IMG/VR virus record: IMGVR_UViG_3300037780_000065
Span: 1 to 29,678 of that record
Length of the DNA: 29,678 nucleotides
Strand: one strand, 5' to 3'
Source: a virus
Taxonomy: Duplodnaviria; Caudoviricetes
Shown: positions 5,902 to 15,253 of the stretch, one piece after another
Numbering within the stretch: the stretch's first letter is position 1
How the letters are laid out: each line of letters opens with the position of its first letter
The notes under the pieces: generated by a model
Database searches by the model: none
Told to the model about the DNA's origin: nothing
Seen by the model: the letters and a program-made list of their open reading frames with translations, nothing else
Position numbers and translations under genes: made by a program

Positions 5902-6273
5902 ATGTCCAACACTCTATCTGTTGACGAAGTTGCCGATCAGCTTGCGGGTCGCATCGGCGAAATCAGTGTTCCCGAACCGGCGTTGGGCGTTGGTTCTCTG
6001 GGGCAAGCCGCGGCGACAATGGTGGCCTCGCAGGTCACTGGCAGCATTCTTTCGATCATTGCTCAATTTCTTGCTGACAACTCTGATTTGCTTCCACCGA
6101 AAGACGCGGTTTTGTCAGCCGTCAACAAGGCAATTGATGCAGCACTAGCAAAGATTGATCGACCAATCCTAACGTCGTTGATCAGTCGCAGCATCAAAGC
6201 GGCAATTGCCAAGGCAGTTGATTCGCTCTATGACGCAATTCTGAATCCGCAGCCGCCTACCACTGAGGTCTGA
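5902..6273 (+). CDS. Hypothetical helical protein
   Basis: GAGG at 5892, ATG at 5902. Confidence 0.7.
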   Translation: MSNTLSVDEVADQLAGRIGEISVPEPALGVGSLGQAAATMVASQVTGSILSIIAQFLADNSDLLPPKDAVLSAVNKAIDAALAKIDRPILTSLISRSIKAAIAKAVDSLYDAILNPQPPTTEV

Positions 6274-6275
6274 TC

Positions 6276-6911
6276 GTGATTCGATCTGCACTGCGAGCCG
6301 CACCCGTTTGCATCGCATATTTTGCGATCGTTTTTGTGTCAGTGTTGTTTGCAAGCCTGGCGCACTCGCAGCCTCCGTTGACAATCACGTCAAGCGGATA
6401 CTACCTCACCGAGGTTGATTCAAACGGTGTGCCGTCGCTGGTGCAGATTACAACCGTGATCGACATGACTGGGGGTGACTCTCCTACACCGCCGGACGAA
6501 GGCGAGGTTGACGCGGCGATTGTCAAGCAAGTGCGGAAGTGGGCTGATGCAGTGGATGACCCGCAATCAGCCCAAGCAATTGCAGCGGTTTACTCACATG
6601 TCCGAGGAGCCGTCGACGAAGCAATCTTGGATTCGACAACAGTTTGGCCAGCACTGAAAGACTCAACCGATTCGGCGATTGAGTTGGTTGAAGGAGTCAA
6701 AAGCTGGAAACCGTTCCGTGACGAACTGTCCGCAGTCGTGACCGAGGGAAGGCAACGCGGCACCCTGCAATCGCCATCCGCTATTTCGAGAATGGCGAGG
6801 TCGGTACAGCACGGCCTGGAGCTTTCCGCCGATGGCAGCGATGCCCTGCCGCTCGATGTGTTGACCAAAGTTGCCGCCAAGACCAACGAGGCGATCGATG
6901 AACACAAATAG
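6276..6911 (+). CDS. Hypothetical exported or membrane-anchored protein
   Basis: Hydrophobic N-terminus ending LAHS; Pro linker. Confidence 0.7.
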   Translation: MIRSALRAAPVCIAYFAIVFVSVLFASLAHSQPPLTITSSGYYLTEVDSNGVPSLVQITTVIDMTGGDSPTPPDEGEVDAAIVKQVRKWADAVDDPQSAQAIAAVYSHVRGAVDEAILDSTTVWPALKDSTDSAIELVEGVKSWKPFRDELSAVVTEGRQRGTLQSPSAISRMARSVQHGLELSADGSDALPLDVLTKVAAKTNEAIDEHK

Positions 6912-7857
6912 AGTCATCCAAGAGCTGTTTCGTCTCGGCCACTTCGACAACCCTGCTCACAAAACGGGTGTCACAAAAGATGAGTTGCCATCCTTGCAAC
7001 TGACAGATGCACCGGTCCGCAAAGCAATTGCGAGCTATCAGGAGTTCATGGCAACCGACTTTGATCGGCTGGCGTTGCAAGAGCATGGCCGGATCGGGAT
7101 TGCTGATGGCGATGTTGGACCAGCGACGGAAAAGCTCTTTGAAGTAGAGCGATGCGGTTGCCCTGATTACGAAGCTGCTGTCGCCGAAGAGACTGGCCGA
7201 GGTTCATGGCCCGCTGGGTGCCACAACGAATTCCCAGGCAAACACGCGTTTGCGGTGCATTTCGACCGCAACGGAATGCCGACCCATTGGCGTTTGATTT
7301 TTGATGATGCTTGGCTGCTTGTCCGTCAGGCATACGCAGATATTGGCATTGCATTTTTTGAAGTTGATGCGACATTAAAAGCCAACACCGTCGTCACTTG
7401 GCAACGTTCGCGAACTTGGATCGGTTTGGCCATCGTGCCGCGGTCACCAAGTTGCCGTGATCGCATTTGGGCCAAGTTCGACACAGCTTACGGGACCAGC
7501 TTTGCCCGCCAAAAAGCAGTTGATCAGATTGCTCGTTTGATGGCTCACGAATTTTGCCACAACATGGGGCTGAGTCACACACGCGGCGGAATCATGAATC
7601 CGTCAATCACGTCCGGCACGTTCCGTCCTAACGCTTGGCGAGACGATCCAAGCGAACCTGCACTGGTTCGTTTCTTTGGTGGTGATCCAGTTGATCTTGG
7701 CATCGGTGATCCAAAACCGGATCCAGATCCCGAACCGCCGCCACCAGATCCAAAACCACCAGGGCCGAATGAGTTCTGGTTCAAGGGCGATTTCACTCTC
7801 ATGCAAGGCGATAAAAGCCTTGGTGATTACATCCTCGCACCGAAGCCACAGGTTTGA
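6898..7857 (+). CDS. Matrixin-like (M10 metzincin) zinc metalloprotease with MMP-type prodomain
   Basis: ERCGCPD cysteine-switch-like motif, HEFCHNMGLSH, Met-turn GIMNP, PG-binding-like AIASYQEF...DGDVGPAT, Pro-rich linker. Confidence 0.85.
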   Translation: MNTNRVIQELFRLGHFDNPAHKTGVTKDELPSLQLTDAPVRKAIASYQEFMATDFDRLALQEHGRIGIADGDVGPATEKLFEVERCGCPDYEAAVAEETGRGSWPAGCHNEFPGKHAFAVHFDRNGMPTHWRLIFDDAWLLVRQAYADIGIAFFEVDATLKANTVVTWQRSRTWIGLAIVPRSPSCRDRIWAKFDTAYGTSFARQKAVDQIARLMAHEFCHNMGLSHTRGGIMNPSITSGTFRPNAWRDDPSEPALVRFFGGDPVDLGIGDPKPDPDPEPPPPDPKPPGPNEFWFKGDFTLMQGDKSLGDYILAPKPQV

Positions 7858-7859
7858 AA

Positions 7860-8585
7860 ATGCGTTTCCTTTTGATGCTCTTGATCGCATTTGCTGCGGT
7901 CCCGCTGCAAGCTCAGCGAGTGTTCCGCGCGTCAGCGATTGACATGGAACAAGACAGCCGGCTTGACGTTCTCGAATCGCAAGTTGCGGCAATCCACGAT
8001 GCGATTGGACAGATGGTGAAACCGGCTCCCAATCCGGTGCCGAATGCGAAGCCGGTCAGCAAGCCAGTGGTCGAGCCAAAGGCGGTTGTGGTCGCTCGGC
8101 AAACATTGGCTCAGCCTGTCAGCGCGTCCAATCGCTACAGCACTGGCGAGCTTCGTACGATCATCCAGTCAATGCGGCCAGGTGGTTGGCGGGGGCCGGT
8201 CTATGCCGATGTCGAACCAGAGTCATGGGCAAGGCAACACCTGCAAAGCGATCACGGATTTACATCGGCACAGGTCTCAGGGCTGACCCAAAGTGAGTGT
8301 TTGATCCTTCATGACTTGCGACATGGTGGCAAGATTTCGCCGTTTCGCTCCAGTCAATCGGTGCAATCAATGACGGTTCAGCCGGTAATCGTGGCCGCGC
8401 CTGCTAATGCAACCGCAACGGTTCAACGCAGCTACAACGGCCCAGTCGTTAACCGGACTGTCAAGCGGCAGGTCACGCAACCGCAGTATCAGATGCAGGG
8501 TGGTTGCCCCAATGGTCAATGCCCAACGCAGCGGTCGCAATCATCCACACCTCGTTTCCGTTTGTTTCCAGGATTGTTCCGATGA
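7860..8585 (+). CDS. Hypothetical secreted protein
   Basis: Signal peptide MRFLLMLLIAFAAVPLQA; C-terminal GGCPNGQCP. Confidence 0.7.
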   Translation: MRFLLMLLIAFAAVPLQAQRVFRASAIDMEQDSRLDVLESQVAAIHDAIGQMVKPAPNPVPNAKPVSKPVVEPKAVVVARQTLAQPVSASNRYSTGELRTIIQSMRPGGWRGPVYADVEPESWARQHLQSDHGFTSAQVSGLTQSECLILHDLRHGGKISPFRSSQSVQSMTVQPVIVAAPANATATVQRSYNGPVVNRTVKRQVTQPQYQMQGGCPNGQCPTQRSQSSTPRFRLFPGLFR

Positions 8586-8848
8586 TTTTCGATGCAGAAG
8601 CGGCACTGTTTGAAGCCCTCGACAATTCAGACTTGCGGCCAATTCAAAAAAAGCGAATTCGATTGCAGGTTCGCTATCGGCCATTGAAGCGAGCGGAAAT
8701 CCTGGGAGCGATCCAGGCCCACTGCTGCATGGAAGGATTGATTTCTGAGAGCGGTGAGGTTGAAGCGGCAATTGATTGGCAGATGGTTATCGATGCCATT
8801 GTCAAATACCTGCCAACGATCCTGTCCATCATCATGCTGTTCATCTAG
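8582..8848 (+). CDS. Small protein with C-terminal membrane segment
   Basis: ATGA overlap; ends KYLPTILSIIMLFI. Confidence 0.65.
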   Translation: MIFDAEAALFEALDNSDLRPIQKKRIRLQVRYRPLKRAEILGAIQAHCCMEGLISESGEVEAAIDWQMVIDAIVKYLPTILSIIMLFI

Positions 8849-8871
8849 TGCTCCAATTCGCCGATTCCGTT

Positions 8872-9180
8872 ATGTCAGACCCAAACTCCGGTTGGTATTT
8901 CGCCGGAGCATCAACAGTTATCGCAACCCTAGCGAGTGTCGTGGCGTTTCTCTTTAAGTTGCTCGAATCGAAAAACAGCGAGTCGATCAAGACACTTGAA
9001 CAGCAGATCGTCAACCAAGAGAAGCGATTGATTGAGTCCGATCGAAAGCATGACGAATGCCAAGAAGATCGGATTCGTCTTGGGCAAGAGGTGTCTGTGA
9101 TTCGCGAACATCTTGGCCAGTACATCCGCAAACACCAACAACCTGGCGACACGGATCCCGGAGAGGATTTGGACGCCTGA
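8872..9180 (+). CDS. Single-TM coiled-coil protein (holin-like candidate)
   Basis: Hydrophobic GASTVIATLASVVAFLF followed by a heptad-rich segment. Confidence 0.55.
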   Translation: MSDPNSGWYFAGASTVIATLASVVAFLFKLLESKNSESIKTLEQQIVNQEKRLIESDRKHDECQEDRIRLGQEVSVIREHLGQYIRKHQQPGDTDPGEDLDA

Positions 9181-9260
9181 TTTCCGCACAAACCGACCCT
9201 AACCGCATTGGGTCACTAACCTAATCCGGTTTTCGAAACACCCTAGTACGACTTTCGACC

Positions 9261-11423
9261 ATGGCAAAGCAGACAATCAACGTTGGCACAACGGCGGGCG
9301 ATGGCACTGGTGACACGCCGCGTGCGGGCGGGCAAAAGATCAACGCGAATTTTACGGAAGTATATGACGCCATTGCCGCGTTGGAAGCGTTGCTGGCAAG
9401 CGACGAAACCGATTTGGACGAACTGCAAGAGATCGTCGATTTCATTCAGCTCAATCGAACCGATTTGGATGCGTTGTCAATTGCTTCCATCGCGGGATTG
9501 CAGGCCGCACTGGACGCCAAGCAAACAGCACTGGTTAGCGGAACTACGATTAAAACAGTAAACGGATCGTCATTGCTGGGCAGTGGCGATCTGGAAGTTA
9601 CTGGTGGCACTAGCGAAACAGGCGTGACGCAGCAACTCCAGCGAAAATTGCAGCGAATCGCAAACGGTGACGAACACGCTGTCAAGATTATGACGATTGG
9701 CGACAGTCTTGCCGCCGGTGCATGGCCGACGTGCACTGCTCGAATCATGCAGGCGTTGAAGTCCTGGCTGCCGTCCTCTCTATATTACGCTGAAGGCGGC
9801 AGCTTACTCGGTGCCAGAACAGGACAGTTTTCAAGTTCCGACGGTGCTACGCGGGTGCAGAGAACAGACTATGACGTGTCGTACATTGGCATTGCCACAA
9901 GGTACAACACAGGCCAGTCGTCAACGTGGGCGTATGGCAACAATATGATATACGCCGATGAAATCCTGATTCCGATTGTTACGGAGCCAGGGGCTGGGAA
10001 GGTCAAAATTGAAATATCGGATGGTGGATATTCACTCGGCACTGCAACTTACCGCGACATTGTAAGTGATGACATCACGTCGGGTCACACACTGACCAGC
10101 GGAGAGTTGATTATTGATGCCGACGCAGCAAAAGGACTTGATACTGTAAAACTGTCCGTTGCTCTTGATGATTACGTTGTCCGAATCACGCATGAGAGCG
10201 GGTCAGAAGTCCGGGTGTTGGACTTGCAATTTTCCGTGGTTAGTGCCGCCGCTATTAACCTCTATCGGATAGGGGCAGGAGGCAACGCATTTCGCAATTC
10301 ACTTGCATCAGCTAACTCGATCATGTCGGATTTCCTGGATCAGTATGATCCAGACTTATTGATCATCGAAAGCGATGATGGGCCCGTGGATTACGAAAAT
10401 TTCTTGCCAATGCTCAGTGATGCTTTAGAGGCTTGCACGACAGCGGCCCCTACTGTCTTGCTAGTCGGCAACCCCGGCATTGGGAGTGGAGGTGGTGTGA
10501 GCGAATCTGACTTAGCAGATCGCATTGCATACTGCAAAACATTCGGCGAGTCACGACGGTGGGACACTCTTGACGGCCTTGAAATTGCCGGAGGCTATGC
10601 CGCACTGGTCGAGTTTGGCATCCAAGGTGATGGAATCCATCTGACTCCTGACGCCTGGAACCTTATCGCTGACAAATGGATCAACCGCAATGGATTGCAG
10701 AAATACACGCCACGAATCCCAGGTGGTGATGTCGCGTCTACACAAGACGTGCTGGACAAAACCAGCGACAGACTGGTAAGGGCAAGAGACTTGCAAGTAA
10801 TTGGTGCCGGTGTTCGAGTGATTGACTCCGGCACAATGGATTGGGGGTATCACGTCGAAGAAGCGGGAGCCGGCACACGCAATCCCGGATCGATCCATGT
10901 CGAATCTGGTAGCACAGCAAACGGCAGTGCATCGGCTTTCATCGGCGAAATCAACAACCCAATTGGTGTCGACAAAGGCCTCTTCGCGCAGACAACAAAC
11001 GTGTCGATGGCTTGTGCGGTTCGTGTGCCCGCCGCGATGTCGGCTAACAGCGAAATATGGATCACCATGGCTGGGCGATCCTCACAGACTCAATACTATG
11101 GATCACTAACGGCGGCGGGATATGGGTGGCGTATTAAAAACGGAGAAATACACGGGGTCCGCTGGACAAACAGTTTGCAGCTAACGCCGGATAGCGTAGA
11201 CCTAAATCCAGGCACCTCAGCAAAATGGCACTATCTCCTGATAGTATCTAAAAATCTTAGTGGAGTGAGCCAAGAGCTATCTTTTTATGTCGATCAAACT
11301 TTGATCGGCGTGCAAACTTACAACGCGTTTGGCGTAGGTTTGCCACTTCGTTTCGAAGTCGAAAACGGGGGAGATTCGAGTAATTGCCAGCTTGATTTTC
11401 TGCCGCCGCGTTACAGTTTTTGA
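9261..11423 (+). CDS. Virion fibre/spike-like protein with SGNH/GDSL hydrolase domain
   Basis: N-terminal KQTINVGTTAGDGTGDTPRAGGQKINANFTEVY (T4 gp9/gp10-like motif); IGDSL block I and DGIH block V. Confidence 0.75.
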   Translation: MAKQTINVGTTAGDGTGDTPRAGGQKINANFTEVYDAIAALEALLASDETDLDELQEIVDFIQLNRTDLDALSIASIAGLQAALDAKQTALVSGTTIKTVNGSSLLGSGDLEVTGGTSETGVTQQLQRKLQRIANGDEHAVKIMTIGDSLAAGAWPTCTARIMQALKSWLPSSLYYAEGGSLLGARTGQFSSSDGATRVQRTDYDVSYIGIATRYNTGQSSTWAYGNNMIYADEILIPIVTEPGAGKVKIEISDGGYSLGTATYRDIVSDDITSGHTLTSGELIIDADAAKGLDTVKLSVALDDYVVRITHESGSEVRVLDLQFSVVSAAAINLYRIGAGGNAFRNSLASANSIMSDFLDQYDPDLLIIESDDGPVDYENFLPMLSDALEACTTAAPTVLLVGNPGIGSGGGVSESDLADRIAYCKTFGESRRWDTLDGLEIAGGYAALVEFGIQGDGIHLTPDAWNLIADKWINRNGLQKYTPRIPGGDVASTQDVLDKTSDRLVRARDLQVIGAGVRVIDSGTMDWGYHVEEAGAGTRNPGSIHVESGSTANGSASAFIGEINNPIGVDKGLFAQTTNVSMACAVRVPAAMSANSEIWITMAGRSSQTQYYGSLTAAGYGWRIKNGEIHGVRWTNSLQLTPDSVDLNPGTSAKWHYLLIVSKNLSGVSQELSFYVDQTLIGVQTYNAFGVGLPLRFEVENGGDSSNCQLDFLPPRYSF

Positions 11424-11432
11424 GGTTGATCT

Positions 11433-12068
11433 ATGACGTGGGACACAACACAAATGAACTTCGACGCGAGCGATCCCACTTGGGACGCATCGAGTTGGGT
11501 GGTCGAGGCAAGTTCTGGCAAGTGGAAACCTTTAGCGATCCGATTTGCGATCGAAGCAACCCGAGGCGATTGGATGAGACATATAACACCTGATTCGACT
11601 GACCAGACTTTGGTTTTCGAAGCCTATGACGCATCGGCTGATCCAGTGACGCTCACCTTCGAGAGTGCAGGTTTGTCGCTGGCATATCGGATCGATGCGG
11701 ATGGTCGTGAAGGCACGCCGGTTTCGTTGACGCCGATTGCACGCGACGTTGCTGGCACGCATCAAGACGGAGCGATCACGTCCAAAGGGGGCGGCAAGCA
11801 CGAAGTCGATGTTCCCGACGCGGCTTTCGCAGCGGCCAACGATGGCAAGACGGTGACACTGGTTGCGTCGGCTACTGGTGTGGATCTGGTGGTTGCCGAA
11901 AAAGTCGCACTTGGCAATGTGCCTAGCGCGGAAGAAATCAGCAACCGGCTCGAGCGGACTGACGGGCCGATCGACAAGGTGCCGAAGTTTGATGACACGA
12001 TCCAGCGTGACAAGACTTCGGCAAGTTCGAGCCAAATGGTCGAGACTCTCACGAAGGTGACTGAATGA
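11433..12068 (+). CDS. Hypothetical (probably virion-associated) protein
   Basis: GAGG RBS; beta-rich composition; operon context. Confidence 0.65.
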   Translation: MTWDTTQMNFDASDPTWDASSWVVEASSGKWKPLAIRFAIEATRGDWMRHITPDSTDQTLVFEAYDASADPVTLTFESAGLSLAYRIDADGREGTPVSLTPIARDVAGTHQDGAITSKGGGKHEVDVPDAAFAAANDGKTVTLVASATGVDLVVAEKVALGNVPSAEEISNRLERTDGPIDKVPKFDDTIQRDKTSASSSQMVETLTKVTE

Positions 12069-12391
12069 GCTACGCACCGGAGTATTACGGGGGATTGCCT
12101 GATCCCGGTGAAGGGCTTGCCAATGTCGTTGTCAATTGCGTCGACGAGAACGGTGATCCCGAAGCCGATGTTGTGGTTGAGGCTCGGATCCTGGCTGTTC
12201 CGCCAAGCGAAACGGGGCGAGCGTATGACGGCATCAAGCAATCCGACACGTCTGATTCGGAAGGCGTGGCAACGCTCGTGCTGGTTCGCACAGGCACCTA
12301 CCAGATCCGCCGGGGCGAGACCAAGAACTGGGTCCAGGTGACTGTGCCAGACGAAGAGACCACGACCGTTTCGAGCATCATTGGATTGTGA
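12065..12391 (+). CDS. Hypothetical protein, prealbumin/Ig-like beta sandwich candidate
   Basis: VNCVDENGDP...TSDSEGVATLVLVRTGTYQI pattern. Confidence 0.6.
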   Translation: MSYAPEYYGGLPDPGEGLANVVVNCVDENGDPEADVVVEARILAVPPSETGRAYDGIKQSDTSDSEGVATLVLVRTGTYQIRRGETKNWVQVTVPDEETTTVSSIIGL

Positions 12392-12403
12392 CACAGAGTC
12401 GAT

Positions 12404-12907
12404 GTGGGAAAGCAAGCAAACGATCACTCGCCGGGGGTTGCGAAGACACTTGGCCAAGTAGCGAACAACTACGATGTGAATCTCGACACCGTCAAGCGAT
12501 GGCGTCAGCAGGGGATGCCGGGAAAGTCTGGCAAATACGAACTGCAATTGATTTCTCGATGGCTGCGAACGGAAGGTCCGTGGAAGCCATACGCAAAACC
12601 GCCGGCAACAGAAGATGAGTTGATGGTTGCCGATGGCGATTCCGTCGCACTCGAACGCTACCGGTTGGCCAAGGCAAAGATCGCTGAGTTGGATCTTGCG
12701 AATCGCAAGGGAGAGTTGATCGACCGGGAAACGTGCCGAGATGTTTTGGTTCGATGGGCGGTTCTGATTCGGAGACTTGGCGAAGTTCTTGGCAAGCGAC
12801 ACGGTGCCGAGGCCACACGCAGCGTCAACGCCACTCTCGGCGAGTGCGAATCGATTATCGCCAAAGCACTCGCACCACCGGAGGATGACGAGGATGGCAA
12901 CGCTTGA
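12404..12907 (+). CDS. Terminase small subunit (Nu1-like)
   Basis: Winged HTH TVKRWRQQGMP...YEL..I.RWL, then AKAKIAELDLANRKGELIDR; directly before the large subunit. Confidence 0.8.
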   Translation: MGKQANDHSPGVAKTLGQVANNYDVNLDTVKRWRQQGMPGKSGKYELQLISRWLRTEGPWKPYAKPPATEDELMVADGDSVALERYRLAKAKIAELDLANRKGELIDRETCRDVLVRWAVLIRRLGEVLGKRHGAEATRSVNATLGECESIIAKALAPPEDDEDGNA

Positions 12908-14903
12908 AATATCGCATGCTCCGCTGAAAACCGATCTGATGTGGTGTCTGGGGCTTGCCAAGGCACCTGTCACGCGGACCATCACGCAGTGGGCAGAAGA
13001 AGCAATCGTTGTCCCCAACGGGCCTGCCGAGAAGGAGCGTTATCGGCATGAAGTACACCCGGTTTCGCGATTGTATTTCAACGAATTGGATTCAGGGCGA
13101 TGGTCTCGGATTGCCGCGACTGGGCCAACGCAGAACGGCAAGACGTTGATGTGCTATGTGATTCCAGTTCTCTACCACTTGTTTGAGATTGGTGAGACCG
13201 TGATTGCTGGGCTGCCATCGATGGACATGGCAAACGACAAGTGGACGGAAGACTTTTTGCCGGTCATTGAGGCGAGCGAGTACCGCGAATTCTTGCCTGA
13301 TCGCGGTGAAGGCAGCCGCGGTGGTCAGGTCAAGCGATCAATCAAGTTCAAAAACGGTTCCGTCCTGCGGTTTATGACCGCTGGCGGGAATGACAAGGCT
13401 CGTTCAGGGTTTACGAGCCGAGTGGTTTCGTTCACAGAAGTGGACGGAATGGACGAGTCATCGGAATCAAGCCGCGAGGCAGACAAGGTTGAGCAGATCG
13501 AAGCACGAACGCGGGCTTTTGGACGAACTGGCAAGCGAATCTACATGGAATGCACCGTTTCGTTTGAGACGGGCCGCATTTGGCAAGAGTGCAAGAACGG
13601 AAGCGATTCAACAATTGTTCGGCCCTGTCCGCATTGCGGTGAGTTCGTGGCACCAGAGCGTGAGCACTTGGTTGGCTGGGCTGGCGCTGAATCAGAAGAG
13701 GAAGCGGCCGAACGATCGCACTTTGTTTGCCCGGCATGTTCGGAGCCTTGGACTGAAGAGAACCGTATCGTTGCGGGGCGAGATGCAGTGCTCTTGCATC
13801 GTGGGCAGACGATTACCAAGCGTGGGAAGATCAAGGGAGACATCCCAAAGACACAAACGCTAGGTTTTCGTTGGTCAGCGATCGATAACCCGTTTGTCAC
13901 CGCATCGGACTTGGGTGCAGAAGAGTGGAAGGCATCGAAGGACCGGGACAGGGAAAACGCCGAAAAGAAGATGCGGCAGTTTGTCTGGGCGTTGCCATAC
14001 GAGCCACCTGAACTCGATCTGACCCCATTGCTGGCAGAGGACGTTGAAAAGCGAACTGGCAAACTCAAAAAGGGGGTCGTGCCAGCCGAGACAACCGCTA
14101 TCACGATTGGGATCGACACGGGCAAACGTGCATTGCACTGGACCGCGTTGGCCGCAAGCAAAGAACATGGCAGCCGCGTCATTGAATACGGCGAGCAGCC
14201 AGTCGCCGCAGACCGTTTGGGCGTTCGTCGCGGTCTCGTCGATGCGTTGATCAAGTTGGCAGAATACTTTGACGACGGCTGGGCGGATCCGAGCGGACGG
14301 GTGCATTTTGTTAGCCAAGTCTGGATTGACTCGGGCTATCACGAGCACACAGAGGCCGTTTATGAGTTTTGCACGCTGATCAACAAGAAACTGGAATGCC
14401 CGCTAGGTGCTGAGATCTACCGGCCAACAAAGGGTTATGGGGAAGGTCAAAAACGCATGACGCGATACAATGCCCCAACGGGAAAGAACCGAGGGATTTT
14501 GCACATCGGAAACCAGTTCCATATCGCACGGGTTCAACGGAATGGCCGATTCGTGCCGGGTGTAATGCTTGTCCACATGAATTCAGACCATTGGAAATCC
14601 GAACTCCATCAAAGGCTGTCGATGCCTGCGGAAGATGAGTTGGCTGTGACCCTGTATGACGCAGCAAGCCCGAATGAGCACGCTGATTTTTCAGAGCAAC
14701 TGACCGCAGAAAAACAGGTCGAAAAGTTCCTGCCGAATCGTGGAGAAGTGGTGGTATGGGAGCGTGTTCGTCGCAAGAACCACTGGCTTGACTCAACTTA
14801 TTCCGCATTGTGCGCTGGCGAAGCGATTATCGAAGTCGCAGAAAAAGCCACAAAGAAGAAGCGGAAGCGAACCCTTCAGGAAATGGCCAAGGAAGCGAAA
14901 TGA
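12894..14903 (+). CDS. Terminase large subunit (lambda GpA family)
   Basis: Walker A GPTQNGKT, FTEVDG, CPHCG/CPAC zinc knuckle, ITIGIDTG, IDSGY, NHWLD. Confidence 0.95.
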   Translation: MATLEISHAPLKTDLMWCLGLAKAPVTRTITQWAEEAIVVPNGPAEKERYRHEVHPVSRLYFNELDSGRWSRIAATGPTQNGKTLMCYVIPVLYHLFEIGETVIAGLPSMDMANDKWTEDFLPVIEASEYREFLPDRGEGSRGGQVKRSIKFKNGSVLRFMTAGGNDKARSGFTSRVVSFTEVDGMDESSESSREADKVEQIEARTRAFGRTGKRIYMECTVSFETGRIWQECKNGSDSTIVRPCPHCGEFVAPEREHLVGWAGAESEEEAAERSHFVCPACSEPWTEENRIVAGRDAVLLHRGQTITKRGKIKGDIPKTQTLGFRWSAIDNPFVTASDLGAEEWKASKDRDRENAEKKMRQFVWALPYEPPELDLTPLLAEDVEKRTGKLKKGVVPAETTAITIGIDTGKRALHWTALAASKEHGSRVIEYGEQPVAADRLGVRRGLVDALIKLAEYFDDGWADPSGRVHFVSQVWIDSGYHEHTEAVYEFCTLINKKLECPLGAEIYRPTKGYGEGQKRMTRYNAPTGKNRGILHIGNQFHIARVQRNGRFVPGVMLVHMNSDHWKSELHQRLSMPAEDELAVTLYDAASPNEHADFSEQLTAEKQVEKFLPNRGEVVVWERVRRKNHWLDSTYSALCAGEAIIEVAEKATKKKRKRTLQEMAKEAK

Positions 14904-15181
14904 GCAAGCCAAGACGAACACTAGCTGAAATGGCTTCCGCTTCCAATCAGGTTGCAGGTGGGACTGTGTGTTGTCCACGGTGCAGTTGCCAGGACTTTCG
15001 CACATACAAGACAGATCGAAAGCAGGCGTCGGTTTTTCGGTACAAATCATGCCGGCATTGCGGACATAAAATCCTAACGACGACAGTGTCCCAAGAGCGG
15101 CTAATTCGTGACATCGACGAAGCAGACATGGAAGACGAAGGGGAAATAGAATTTCAGCCAGTCAGGCGATTCCCTGCTTGA
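14900..15181 (+). CDS. Small zinc-ribbon protein (Ogr/NrdR-like)
   Basis: CPRC...FRYKSCRHCGHKILT. Confidence 0.7.
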   Translation: MSKPRRTLAEMASASNQVAGGTVCCPRCSCQDFRTYKTDRKQASVFRYKSCRHCGHKILTTTVSQERLIRDIDEADMEDEGEIEFQPVRRFPA

Positions 15182-15253
15182 AAGATTTCCACACATGGAA
15201 AGATCGTCGATTAAAAGCGTGGACGTGCAGTCTTTTGGTGCCATCATGTCACC

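Noticed and set aside
11762-13018. 418-aa minus-strand ORF
   Set aside because: Antisense shadow of four coupled plus-strand phage genes; no motifs
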